Source: Clostridium kluyveri
GTDB lineage: Bacteria; Bacillota; Clostridia; Clostridiales; Clostridiaceae
Assembly: GCF_001902295.1 (NCBI RefSeq)
Contig: NZ_CP018335.1
Span: forward strand, 1,852,750 to 1,884,749
Direction of reading: 5' to 3'
Length of the DNA stretch: 32,000 nt
Below, one piece after another: positions 8,963 through 17,044 of this stretch. A model generated the notes under the pieces. That model searched no databases. It saw only the letters and a program-made list of their open reading frames with translations, and was not told where the DNA came from. How positions within the stretch are numbered: position 1 is the first letter of the stretch; every line of letters begins with the position of its first letter. Both the position numbers and the translations under genes were made by a program.

Positions 8963-9058
8963 GTGATTCAGAGGTTCAGGTGGAGTTTGCTATAGAGAAA
9001 TGCTTATTTCTACCTTTGAAAAAATGAAGTATTAGTAATTCTGGCCTTCGGATTAGAG
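8963..9058 (+). repeat. Copy 1 of an unexplained ~90-bp dispersed repeat (R2)
   Basis: AGGTTCAGGTGGAGTTTG...GAGAAATGC.TAT.TCTAC...TTT.AAA.AAAATG... is shared with 31365-31457 in the same orientation at roughly 75-80% identity. No conserved reading frame. Confidence 0.7.
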
Positions 9059-9063
9059 TGAAA

Positions 9064-9250
9064 TTATATCACTATATAACAAAATCATATCACTATATAA
9101 CGCATAATTGTCTTTAAAATATAGTTGAAGTTTTGATAATATAAGGCATTATAGCAATATCTAATTTTAAAGTTATATACACAGGGGCATATTGTTCTTG
9201 TACTTGTTATCCCATAAAATATGGATAGATAATAATTTTCATTTAATAAT
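9064..9250 (+). promoter_or_regulatory. Regulatory module P1: two perfect 15-bp direct repeats phased 21 bp apart, a sigma-A promoter and a Fur-like box
   Basis: ATATCACTATATAAC at 9066-9080 and 9087-9101. -35 TTGTTC (9192-9197), 17-nt spacer, -10 TAAAAT (9215-9220). aGATAATaATTtTCA at 9227-9241 matches 12/14 of the 7-1-7 Fur consensus TGATAATnATTATCA. Homologous to 29655-29842. Confidence 0.6.
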
Positions 9251-9300
9251 TTTTTGAAAAAATTATTTTGCACTAACAATATAATTTAGGGGGGAGCTAC

Positions 9301-12108
9301 ATGAAAGAAAAAGGTAAAAAAACTTTATCTGTTTACAGTATAATGTTACTATTGGTATTTAGTTTTATATTCTCGATAAATGTAAAAGCTGAAAATTCAT
9401 CATCAATAGGTATAAACAGGATAGGAGGAGCAGATAGATATGAAACAGCTGTAAAAATTGCCCAAGCAGGCTGGCAGTCATCTGATTATGCAATATTGGC
9501 AAACGGAGAGAATTATCCAGATGCCCTTTGTGCCGTTCCTTTAGCAAAAACTAAGGATGCTCCGGTGCTTCTGACCACAGGAAGTAATTTGAACCAGGAT
9601 TCACTGAATAAGATGAAAGAGCTAAAAGTTAAGCACGTAATTGTAGTTGGCGGAAAAGGAGCAATATCGGACAATATTATAAGTGACATAAAATCACAGG
9701 GCATATCTGATGTAGAAAGAATAGGTGGACAAAATAGATATGAAACTTCCGTAAAAATAGCTGAAAAGCTAGGGACTGTTACTAAGGCGGTTGTTACCAG
9801 CGGGGAGGGATATGCAGATGCACTTTCAGCATGTACTGCTGCGGCTATAGAGAAAATGCCAATACTTTTAACAAAGAATACCGATTTACCAGATGTAACA
9901 GCAGATTACATAAAATCAAATCCTCAAATAACCACAACTTATATAATAGGAGGAACGGGTTCTATAAGTACTTCTGTTGATAATGAACTTCAATATCAAA
10001 AGAGAATTTATGGTCTTGACAGATATGAAACAAATGCCGCAGTATTAAATGAATTTGCTTCAGATTTTGACTTCAAAAATGTTTATCTGGCACTGGGAAA
10101 TGGAGCTACAGGCAGTGAATTTGCAGATGCCCTTACTGGGGGAGCTCTAGCAGCTAAAATGAAAAGTCCTCTTGTAATAACAGGAAAAACTTTGAGTTCT
10201 GCTACAGAGAAATTTATTAAAGAAAAAATCTATAAAGACTGCAATCTTACAGTAATAGGTGGAACAGCTAATATATCTGATTCGCTGGCTCAACAAATTA
10301 GGGATTCCTCTGGGGCTTCTGAAACCTCTGAATCACCTACAGGCGGCAGCAGTAGTGGTGGAGGATCTGGAAGTTCAAGTTATAAAAATATTACTTCAGC
10401 AGTAAAAGAATATTCTTCCTATAAAGATATTGTAAGCAGTATAAACAATGGTGAATATTTTAAATTAGAAGATGATAATTCTGACACCATGAACCTACAA
10501 TTAAAAAAAGATAATGTAAATCCCATTCAAGGTGTATTTCAAAATGCTGTGGATGTATATACTAGTACAGGGACTGTAGATGAACAACAGATAAGATATG
10601 ATGTAGAAAAAGTAAATGAGGAATGGGATGTAATATATGGAAAAAATATTACCGTAAAAATTGGAGAAGATACTAAAAGTTTAAGTGCTTTTTTTGGAAG
10701 TTTAGGCTCCAAATATTTTGATAGTAATGGTAAATTAAATGCAGATATAATAGTAGAACAGGTAAATAAAAAGCTTGGAAGTGATTATGATTACGATGAT
10801 TTTAGGACAAATTTAATTGAAGGTATAAAAAACTATTTTGATAATAATTCATCATTAGAGAAGAATTCATTGCAACTTAAGATTATGGGATTGAAAGTAA
10901 ATAGCATTAAAAAAGGTACATCTACTTTGTATACTTCTACTTCTTATGGAAAAGATGCTTTAAATAAATTGATAGATATATTAATACCATCTGCAGATAC
11001 AGATATTACTGGAGTGTATACTATTTATATAGAAGGAAATAACTATATAAAAATTGATGTTAAAAATGCAGATACTGCGCAACCCGTAAAAATGGCAATG
11101 GATATTAACTATTATTTTGTAGAGAATTCAGAAGGGAAACTGGAAGTGTTTAATACATCAGATGGACAGGGAGTTAGTGTTAAATCAGGCAGTAAGGTTT
11201 ATGTACCGATGTTTGATAAAACCATTGACATACCTGGGGAAGGCGGATTGTTACAAGAACAGATAGATTGGATGACCAATAAAGAATTTTATACTTTTAC
11301 TGGAAGGGAAACTTCAGATAACTCTATGATTAAATCCATAAATCTCACAGAGGAAGACCCTGCTAAGTTTAATGAAGCGTATCCTGATGGGGATTTTAAA
11401 GCTCCGGTTCATTGTTTTGTAATAGAACTTAATGATACAGTGCCAACAGATGGTGCTCCAGTAACTTTCGATGCTGATTTTCAGGCCACAGAAGAAGGAT
11501 TAAAAGGATATAATGATCTAAATGGGGAAACAGAAGGATTGGCTTCCAGTATTAATTTTATATTCCAGGGCAAGCTTAATATAGCTTCTGCAGCACAACC
11601 TGTAAAAATGGCAATGGATATTAACTATTATTTTGTAGAGAATTCAGAAGGGAAACTGGAAGTGTTTAATACATCAGATGGACAGGGAGTTAGTGTTAAA
11701 TCAGGCAGTAAGGTTTATGTACCGATGTTTGATAAAACCATTGACATACCTGGGGAAGGCGGATTGTTACAAGAACAGATAGATTGGATGACCAATAAAG
11801 AATTTTATACTTTTACTGGAAGGGAAACTTCAGATAACTCTATGATTAAATCCATAAATCTCACAGAGGAAGACCCTGCTAAGTTTAATGAAGCGTATCC
11901 TGATGGGGATTTTAAAGCTCCGGTTCATTGTTTTGTAATAGAACTTAATGATACAGTGCCAACAGATGGTGCTGCAGTAACTTTCGATGCTGACTTTCAA
12001 GCCACAGAAGAAGGACTAAAAGGATATAATGATCTAAATGGGGAAACAGAAGGATTGGCTTCCAGTATTAATTTTATATTCCAGGGTAAGCTTAATATAA
12101 TTGATTAA
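9301..12108 (+). CDS. Secreted cell-wall-anchored surface protein: signal peptide, 3 CWB2 repeats, Gly/Ser linker, unknown domain, 2 x 172-aa repeat
   Basis: Signal peptide ending VKA|EN. Three CWB2-type units with GADRYETAVKIA, GGQNRYETSVKIA and GLDRYETNAAVL. Linker SGASETSESPTGGSSSGGGSGSSS. The C-terminal duplicated module begins AQPVKMAMDINYYF. Confidence 0.85.
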   Translation: MKEKGKKTLSVYSIMLLLVFSFIFSINVKAENSSSIGINRIGGADRYETAVKIAQAGWQSSDYAILANGENYPDALCAVPLAKTKDAPVLLTTGSNLNQDSLNKMKELKVKHVIVVGGKGAISDNIISDIKSQGISDVERIGGQNRYETSVKIAEKLGTVTKAVVTSGEGYADALSACTAAAIEKMPILLTKNTDLPDVTADYIKSNPQITTTYIIGGTGSISTSVDNELQYQKRIYGLDRYETNAAVLNEFASDFDFKNVYLALGNGATGSEFADALTGGALAAKMKSPLVITGKTLSSATEKFIKEKIYKDCNLTVIGGTANISDSLAQQIRDSSGASETSESPTGGSSSGGGSGSSSYKNITSAVKEYSSYKDIVSSINNGEYFKLEDDNSDTMNLQLKKDNVNPIQGVFQNAVDVYTSTGTVDEQQIRYDVEKVNEEWDVIYGKNITVKIGEDTKSLSAFFGSLGSKYFDSNGKLNADIIVEQVNKKLGSDYDYDDFRTNLIEGIKNYFDNNSSLEKNSLQLKIMGLKVNSIKKGTSTLYTSTSYGKDALNKLIDILIPSADTDITGVYTIYIEGNNYIKIDVKNADTAQPVKMAMDINYYFVENSEGKLEVFNTSDGQGVSVKSGSKVYVPMFDKTIDIPGEGGLLQEQIDWMTNKEFYTFTGRETSDNSMIKSINLTEEDPAKFNEAYPDGDFKAPVHCFVIELNDTVPTDGAPVTFDADFQATEEGLKGYNDLNGETEGLASSINFIFQGKLNIASAAQPVKMAMDINYYFVENSEGKLEVFNTSDGQGVSVKSGSKVYVPMFDKTIDIPGEGGLLQEQIDWMTNKEFYTFTGRETSDNSMIKSINLTEEDPAKFNEAYPDGDFKAPVHCFVIELNDTVPTDGAAVTFDADFQATEEGLKGYNDLNGETEGLASSINFIFQGKLNIID
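11077..12105 (+). repeat. In-frame tandem duplication, 2 x 516 bp, inside the surface-protein gene
   Basis: 11077-11592 versus 11593-12108: 7 substitutions before the last 3 codons (6 synonymous, 1 Pro to Ala). The central ~370 bp are identical. Confidence 0.95.
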
Positions 12109-12124
12109 ATATTTATAGAAAATT

Positions 12125-12198
12125 TTTAGGCGTATTTTAAAGATCTATTTTACATTTTTTAAAATCTTAAGTATCGTGAATTTCTAAATACGCCTAAA
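12125..12198 (+). repeat. Long inverted repeat (13-bp perfect arms, 48-nt spacer) between the surface-protein gene and adh; possible terminator or leader structure
   Basis: TTTAGGCGTATTT (12125-12137) and AAATACGCCTAAA (12186-12198), with an inner AAGAT/ATCTT pairing. A weak T-run lies ~10 nt downstream. Confidence 0.45.
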
Positions 12199-12283
12199 GT
12201 TATAGAATGTGTCTTTTTATATATTTATAATTGTAGTTTTTGAATTTTGAGATTTAAAATTTAAATTAAAGGGGAAATTATCT

Positions 12284-13453
12284 ATGAAAATTAACTTTGC
12301 AGCACCTAATAATGTAATATTAGAAAATAATGCTGTAAATAATATTGCTGCAGTTGTAAAACAGAAAAATGCAAAAAAGATTCTGTGTGTTTTTGGAGAA
12401 AGAATTAAAGCGACTGGTATTTCTGATATGATTATTGATACTTTAAAAAGCGAAAACGTAGATGTAATAACTTATGAGGGAGTAATTTCAGAACCTCCTA
12501 AATACATAGTAAAAGAAATTTATGAATTAGGCAGAGAAAAGCATATAGATGTCATAATAGCAATTGGAGGCGGAAGTACTATTGATGCAGCTAAAGCCGC
12601 GAATTTAATGCTAACTAATAATATGAATATAGAGGATATGTTGTTATATAAGAAGATAATTAAAAATAAAGGCAAATTTTTTATTGCAGTTCCTACTACA
12701 GCTGGTACAGGAAGTGAAGTAACTGGTGCAGCTGTTATAACTGATGAAAAACTAAAGAAAAAATTAATTCTAATTTCAAATTTTATAGTTCCAGATTTGG
12801 CCATAATTGATCCCATTTTAACATTAAAATTACCTAAAGATATAACTGTATCTACAGGTATAGATGTGTTTTCACATGCTTATGAAGCGTATACAAGCAG
12901 TAATGCTAATGATATGTCAGATACTCTAGCACTAAGAGCATTTAAAATTGTAGTGGATACATTACCCCAACTTGTTGATGATTTAAATAATGAAATTTTT
13001 AGAGAAAAAATGAGTTATGCGAGCATGTTGGCTGGCCTAGCTTTAAATGGGGCAGGATCTGGTATGGGACATACCATAGCACATTCCATAGGTGCTAAAT
13101 GGAATATAGCTCATGGGTATGCTTGTGCACTGGCATCGCCGGAATCTATTAAAAACTTGGCCTTGTATATCCCACATAAAGCAGAAAAATTACTATATAT
13201 ACTGAATGACAGTACACAATATGAATCCTTGGGAGAAGAATTAAGTGAACAATTTATGAAGTTTAATGAAAAAGTAGGGGTACCTAACATTGAGGAATTA
13301 GGGATAGATTCCTCCAAAAATTTAGATATAATAAATTCTATAGCAGATGATGTGATTAATATGACGGCTTTATTTGGAGGAGATATTACACAGATAGATA
13401 AAAACAAAATAATGGAACAATATTCATTAATATTAAATAGGATAATTTTTTAA
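12284..13453 (+). CDS. Iron-containing (group III) alcohol dehydrogenase family protein
   Basis: GGGSTIDAAKA, PTTAGTGSEVT and His-rich metal-site motifs (FSHAYEAY, GHTIAHSIG). GGGG RBS upstream. Confidence 0.9.
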   Translation: MKINFAAPNNVILENNAVNNIAAVVKQKNAKKILCVFGERIKATGISDMIIDTLKSENVDVITYEGVISEPPKYIVKEIYELGREKHIDVIIAIGGGSTIDAAKAANLMLTNNMNIEDMLLYKKIIKNKGKFFIAVPTTAGTGSEVTGAAVITDEKLKKKLILISNFIVPDLAIIDPILTLKLPKDITVSTGIDVFSHAYEAYTSSNANDMSDTLALRAFKIVVDTLPQLVDDLNNEIFREKMSYASMLAGLALNGAGSGMGHTIAHSIGAKWNIAHGYACALASPESIKNLALYIPHKAEKLLYILNDSTQYESLGEELSEQFMKFNEKVGVPNIEELGIDSSKNLDIINSIADDVINMTALFGGDITQIDKNKIMEQYSLILNRIIF

Positions 13454-13584
13454 ATTGATTTATCTAAATGGGGCAATTAGCCAATACTTCCATGTTATTC
13501 AAAGGTTTATTCAAAAAAGTGGTTTTATTATATTCAAAAATAAGGTAAAGTTGAAATATGTAGAAATATGTTGTATTATTTTAC

Positions 13585-13613
13585 TTTACTGATAATATTT
13601 TCAGTGATATAAT
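13585..13613 (+). promoter_or_regulatory. Near-consensus sigma-A promoter pointing rightward (TTTACT - 17 nt - TGaTATAAT)
   Basis: -35 TTTACT at 13585-13590, 17-nt spacer, extended -10 TGATATAAT at 13605-13613. Confidence 0.55.
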
Positions 13614-13668
13614 TTAGCATGTATTGATAATGACATTCATTATCAATACATGCTAAATTTATTTTTAC
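13611..13668. promoter_or_regulatory. Perfect 23-bp-arm palindrome containing a 17/19 Fur-box match; may also terminate adh transcripts
   Basis: AATTTAGCATGTATTGATAATGA-CAT-TCATTATCAATACATGCTAAATT (13611-13659), followed by TATTTTT. The core GATAATGACATTCATTATC (13626-13644) matches GATAATGATAATCATTATC at 17/19 positions. Confidence 0.55.
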
Positions 13669-13789
13669 AAAAAGTAAATTTAAAGAATTAATTGGCGAAT
13701 TGTCTTTTTAAATAAGCAGAAAGACCAACTATAATAAGTCAAGTACTTTTTAAAAAGAAGTTATATTAAGTTTATGATTTTAAAAACTG

Positions 13790-15330
13790 TATGACAAAAA
13801 GACTTGCACTGCTACAAGTTTGAAATGGTTATAATTGCAAAAAAATTATGAGGTTTCTTTAATCTCATAAGGTTTATTGTTTTTTAGAACAGCATAAGTG
13901 ATATGGCATAGTTTTCTGGAAACTGCACCAATACAGGTTAAATGATGTTTGCCTTCGACTCGTTTTTTCTGGTAGAAGGCATTTAAAACAGGATCATTGA
14001 ATGCAGCTACTAACGCAGCCTGGAACAAAGCTTTACGCAAGTAAGGCGAACCTCTTTTACTCATAACATTATGTATGTTTTCATATTCTCCTGATTGAGA
14101 AACAGAAGCATCAATACCAGCATAGGCAACGAGCTTTTTTGGTGAATCAAATTTATTAATATCACCTATTTCACCTAGTATTGTGGCACCAGTAACAGGA
14201 CCAATTCCTGGAATTGTTGTAATAGGTGATTCTAAAGAAACCATAAGTTTTTTGATTTCAGTTTCGGTATCTTTTACCTGCTGTTCAATGAAAGACATCT
14301 GCTCAATTAGAGCTTTTAGCTGGAAGGAGAAACTATCCTTGCAGAAGGTAATACCAAAGGAATTGGAGGCAGTTGATTTTAACTTTTCAGCTTTTGCGTC
14401 ACCTATTTTCTTGCGACTTAGTTCTGCAAGAAGTTGTGCCAGAGTATCAGCAGAAATAGATTCAAAATCGCTGGGTGAAGAGAACTGTAAAAGAATCTCT
14501 TTTGAGGTCTTACCAAATATGTTTGAAAAAATAGATTGATATTCAGGAAATACCTGATCAAGGACACAAATAATTTTTCGCTTTAAATCGGAAATGGATG
14601 ATACTAAGTATCCACGGAATCTCGTTAAGGTTCTTAAGGAAAAAATGGTTTCATCAGAAAGCACTGTTTCAACAAAAGAGCCGTAGCGTATTAAGTCTGC
14701 GATTAAAATAGAGTCAATAGTGTCATTCTTTCTTTTACGGATTTCAGTACCTTTACGCCATCCATCTGTTTGAATTGGATTGATGACATGAATAAGGAAA
14801 CCTTTATCGTATAAAAAAGAATAAACGGCTAACCAATAGTGCCCAGTTGCTTCCATACCAATTTCGAAATTAGCAGGATTATCAGAATGGCTGGTAAGCT
14901 TAGAAAATAAGGCTTCGCCACCCTCAGAAGTATTAGGAAAAGAAAATGCCTTGAATGCAATCTTACCTGCATCATCCATCATGGAAGCAACATGATTATT
15001 TTTACCAATATCAATACCTAAGTAAAACATAATATCACACCTTTAAAAGAGTATTTTAGATTGGGAATCCCCTTATCTAGTAAGCGTCACTACCTCGTGA
15101 TAAATACGAAGAAATACCAAATGGTATTCAACATCCAACTCATTCGCGAACTGCTTATTAGAAAGAGGTATCAGTCTTTCGAGTACGAGTTCTAAGACTC
15201 AAGGAGAAAGCGATAATCCTCTCAATCTAATAAAACAATTATCTCTCAATTAGAGAGAAAACTAAAGAATAGGTTATAGGTTTTCCTAATGAAATAACCT
15301 AAATATATTATACGAGTATTCCTGTAATAA
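13790..15330 (-). mobile_element. IS110-family insertion sequence no. 1 (boundaries approximate)
   Basis: Complete DEDD-type transposase gene with a ~300-nt GC-richer non-coding region 5' of it (15031-~15330) and a short 3' flank. No terminal IRs, as expected for this family, so the ends could not be fixed by eye. Confidence 0.55.
13846..15030 (-). CDS. IS110-family transposase (DEDD N-terminal domain plus Transposase_20-type C-terminal domain)
   Basis: YLGIDIGKNNH, MEATGHYW, KNDTIDSILIADL, PGIGPVTGATILGEIGDINKF, MSKRGSPYLRKALFQAA. 394 aa. Confidence 0.92.
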   Translation of the reverse strand: MFYLGIDIGKNNHVASMMDDAGKIAFKAFSFPNTSEGGEALFSKLTSHSDNPANFEIGMEATGHYWLAVYSFLYDKGFLIHVINPIQTDGWRKGTEIRKRKNDTIDSILIADLIRYGSFVETVLSDETIFSLRTLTRFRGYLVSSISDLKRKIICVLDQVFPEYQSIFSNIFGKTSKEILLQFSSPSDFESISADTLAQLLAELSRKKIGDAKAEKLKSTASNSFGITFCKDSFSFQLKALIEQMSFIEQQVKDTETEIKKLMVSLESPITTIPGIGPVTGATILGEIGDINKFDSPKKLVAYAGIDASVSQSGEYENIHNVMSKRGSPYLRKALFQAALVAAFNDPVLNAFYQKKRVEGKHHLTCIGAVSRKLCHITYAVLKNNKPYEIKETS

Positions 15331-16950
15331 AGAGTTTTAGACTTTGAATGAAATAAAAAAACCTGATATAAATATATTGTGTCACTTGCAAGAAGACAAC
15401 AACAATCTATATCAGGAGGAAAACAATATGAATAATCGAATTATAGTTCCTAACACATTAATATTAGGGATAGACATAGCAAAGGAAAATCACTATGGTC
15501 AATTTGTAGTAAATGGTGAATATATAAAAAAGCCGTTCCTTATAAAGAATACCAGAGAATCTTTCGAATGTCTATTAGATTCAATCAGACAATTAAAGGC
15601 GAAATATAACTTAGATTATGTATTAGTAGGAATGGAGCCAACAGGTCACTATTGGAAGAATCTTGCTTACTACTTAAAAAGTCAAGGGATAGAGCTATGC
15701 TTGGTCAATCCATATCATGTTAATAAAATTAAGGAGCTTGAAGATAATAGTCCAACTAAGAATGACAAAAAAGATGCCAAGATTATTTCTAAACTTATAT
15801 ATCAAGGTCAATACCTAAACTGCATGTTTGAGGAAGAACTCTACGTAAATCTTCGATTATGCAGCAACAATAGGCAAGAGCTAAAAAAACAGTTTATCTC
15901 AGAAAAAGTAAGACTAATAGCGCTATTAGATGAATACTTTCCAGAATTTAAAAAGATGTTTTCAGATATCTTAGGAAAGTCCGCTTTATGTATACTGAAA
16001 ACATGTCCTTTCCCACAAGATATAGTGAATATAGGAGTTTCTGAGCTTACTCAAAAGCTTCTAGATGCTACACATAATCGTGTTGGATTTAAGAAAGCAG
16101 AGCTGGTTTTTAATGCAGCTAAAACTTCAATAGGAGTGCCTGTAGGGCTTGAAGGGGCCAGATATAGATTAAGGCTTATTTTAAGGCAATTAGAAGCTTT
16201 ACAAAAGGAACTAGATGATGTGGAAAAGCTCATGGAAGAATATCTTTTGCAGACAGGTTATTCAGAATATTTACTTAGCATAAAAGGTGTAGGCATAGTA
16301 ACAGCTGCGGGTTTTCTAGCTGAAATTGGAGACATATCAAAATATGACAGCTATAAGCAAATACAGAAAGTGGCAGGACTTAACTTGAAAGAAACCAGCT
16401 CTGGCATGAAAAAAGGTAAAACTAAAATTAGTAAAAGAGGTCGTTCAAATTTAAGAAATATTCTATATCAGGCAGCAACTGTTATGGTAGCTAAGAATAC
16501 TGCATTTAAAGAAATATATACCCATTTAACGAAAAGACAGGAAAATCAATTAACCGGAAAACAAGCAATAGTTGCACTAAGTGTAAGACTTATAAAAGTT
16601 ATGTACACTTTATGCAAGAAAAAAACAACATATACACATGACAAAGTTCATGGGTTGACAAGTTATGGTATATTGAAATTTATAGTTCTTTAAGAGTAAG
16701 GTAAAGCGCGTTCAAACCCCCATAAGGGCTTAATTGACCCAGTATACGAGGATTAATGCTAGCACCTGCTCTAAAATGCAGAACGAAGGAATGTAGAGAC
16801 ATAGATATGTACTCCGTGAGACATGGTAGGGTAAGCATTAGAGCTATATAGGTGTGTTTCCTTCAAAATATTGGAATATCACTTACACTCTTATGCACAC
16901 GTTCAACCTTCTCCATCCAGTATTACCTATATATTCAATATACTCACATA
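15331..16950 (+). mobile_element. IS110-family insertion sequence no. 2, IS1111-like layout (boundaries approximate)
   Basis: Complete transposase gene with a short 5' flank and a ~250-nt GC-richer non-coding region 3' of it (16694-~16950). A 9-bp inverted repeat CCTGATATA/TATATCAGG (15362-15370 and 15408-15416) lies in the 5' leader. Confidence 0.5.
15428..16693 (+). CDS. IS110-family transposase
   Basis: LGIDIAKENHYG, MEPTGHYW, KNDKKDAKIISKL, IKGVGIVTAAGFLAEIGDISKY, ISKRGRSNLRNILYQAA. ATG 15428 has an AGGAGG RBS. The TTG 15344 extension in the ORF track has none. Confidence 0.9.
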   Translation: MNNRIIVPNTLILGIDIAKENHYGQFVVNGEYIKKPFLIKNTRESFECLLDSIRQLKAKYNLDYVLVGMEPTGHYWKNLAYYLKSQGIELCLVNPYHVNKIKELEDNSPTKNDKKDAKIISKLIYQGQYLNCMFEEELYVNLRLCSNNRQELKKQFISEKVRLIALLDEYFPEFKKMFSDILGKSALCILKTCPFPQDIVNIGVSELTQKLLDATHNRVGFKKAELVFNAAKTSIGVPVGLEGARYRLRLILRQLEALQKELDDVEKLMEEYLLQTGYSEYLLSIKGVGIVTAAGFLAEIGDISKYDSYKQIQKVAGLNLKETSSGMKKGKTKISKRGRSNLRNILYQAATVMVAKNTAFKEIYTHLTKRQENQLTGKQAIVALSVRLIKVMYTLCKKKTTYTHDKVHGLTSYGILKFIVL

Positions 16951-17044
16951 TTTAAATTTAACCACTTGTTTATAAATAATGAAATTCTATGAAAATAGAA
17001 GTAAATAAAAGATAAATTAAAATTTATTGAGGTAGGAGAAAAAA

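Noticed and set aside
8963-9058. R2 repeat as a conserved small protein-coding gene
   Set aside because: Translations of the two copies hit stops at different places in every frame. The possible GTG-started 26-codon ORF in copy 2 has no start and an early stop in copy 1.
11077-12108. Tandem and dispersed repeats as a CRISPR array
   Set aside because: There are only two 516-bp units, in frame within a CDS. No regularly spaced 25-40-bp repeats with unique spacers occur anywhere in the window, and no cas genes are present.
13611-13659. The 49-bp perfect palindrome as the insertion target or end of IS110 element 1
   Set aside because: It lies about 190 nt from the transposase stop codon, with ordinary AT-rich DNA between them. 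Nothing ties it to the element ends. A promoter-operator or terminator reading fits better.
15344-15427. TTG-initiated 28-codon N-terminal extension of the second IS110 transposase
   Set aside because: It has no RBS and a low-complexity sequence. ATG 15428 has an AGGAGG RBS and gives the canonical LGIDIAK N-terminus. The extension also overlaps a 9-bp inverted repeat that looks like leader structure.
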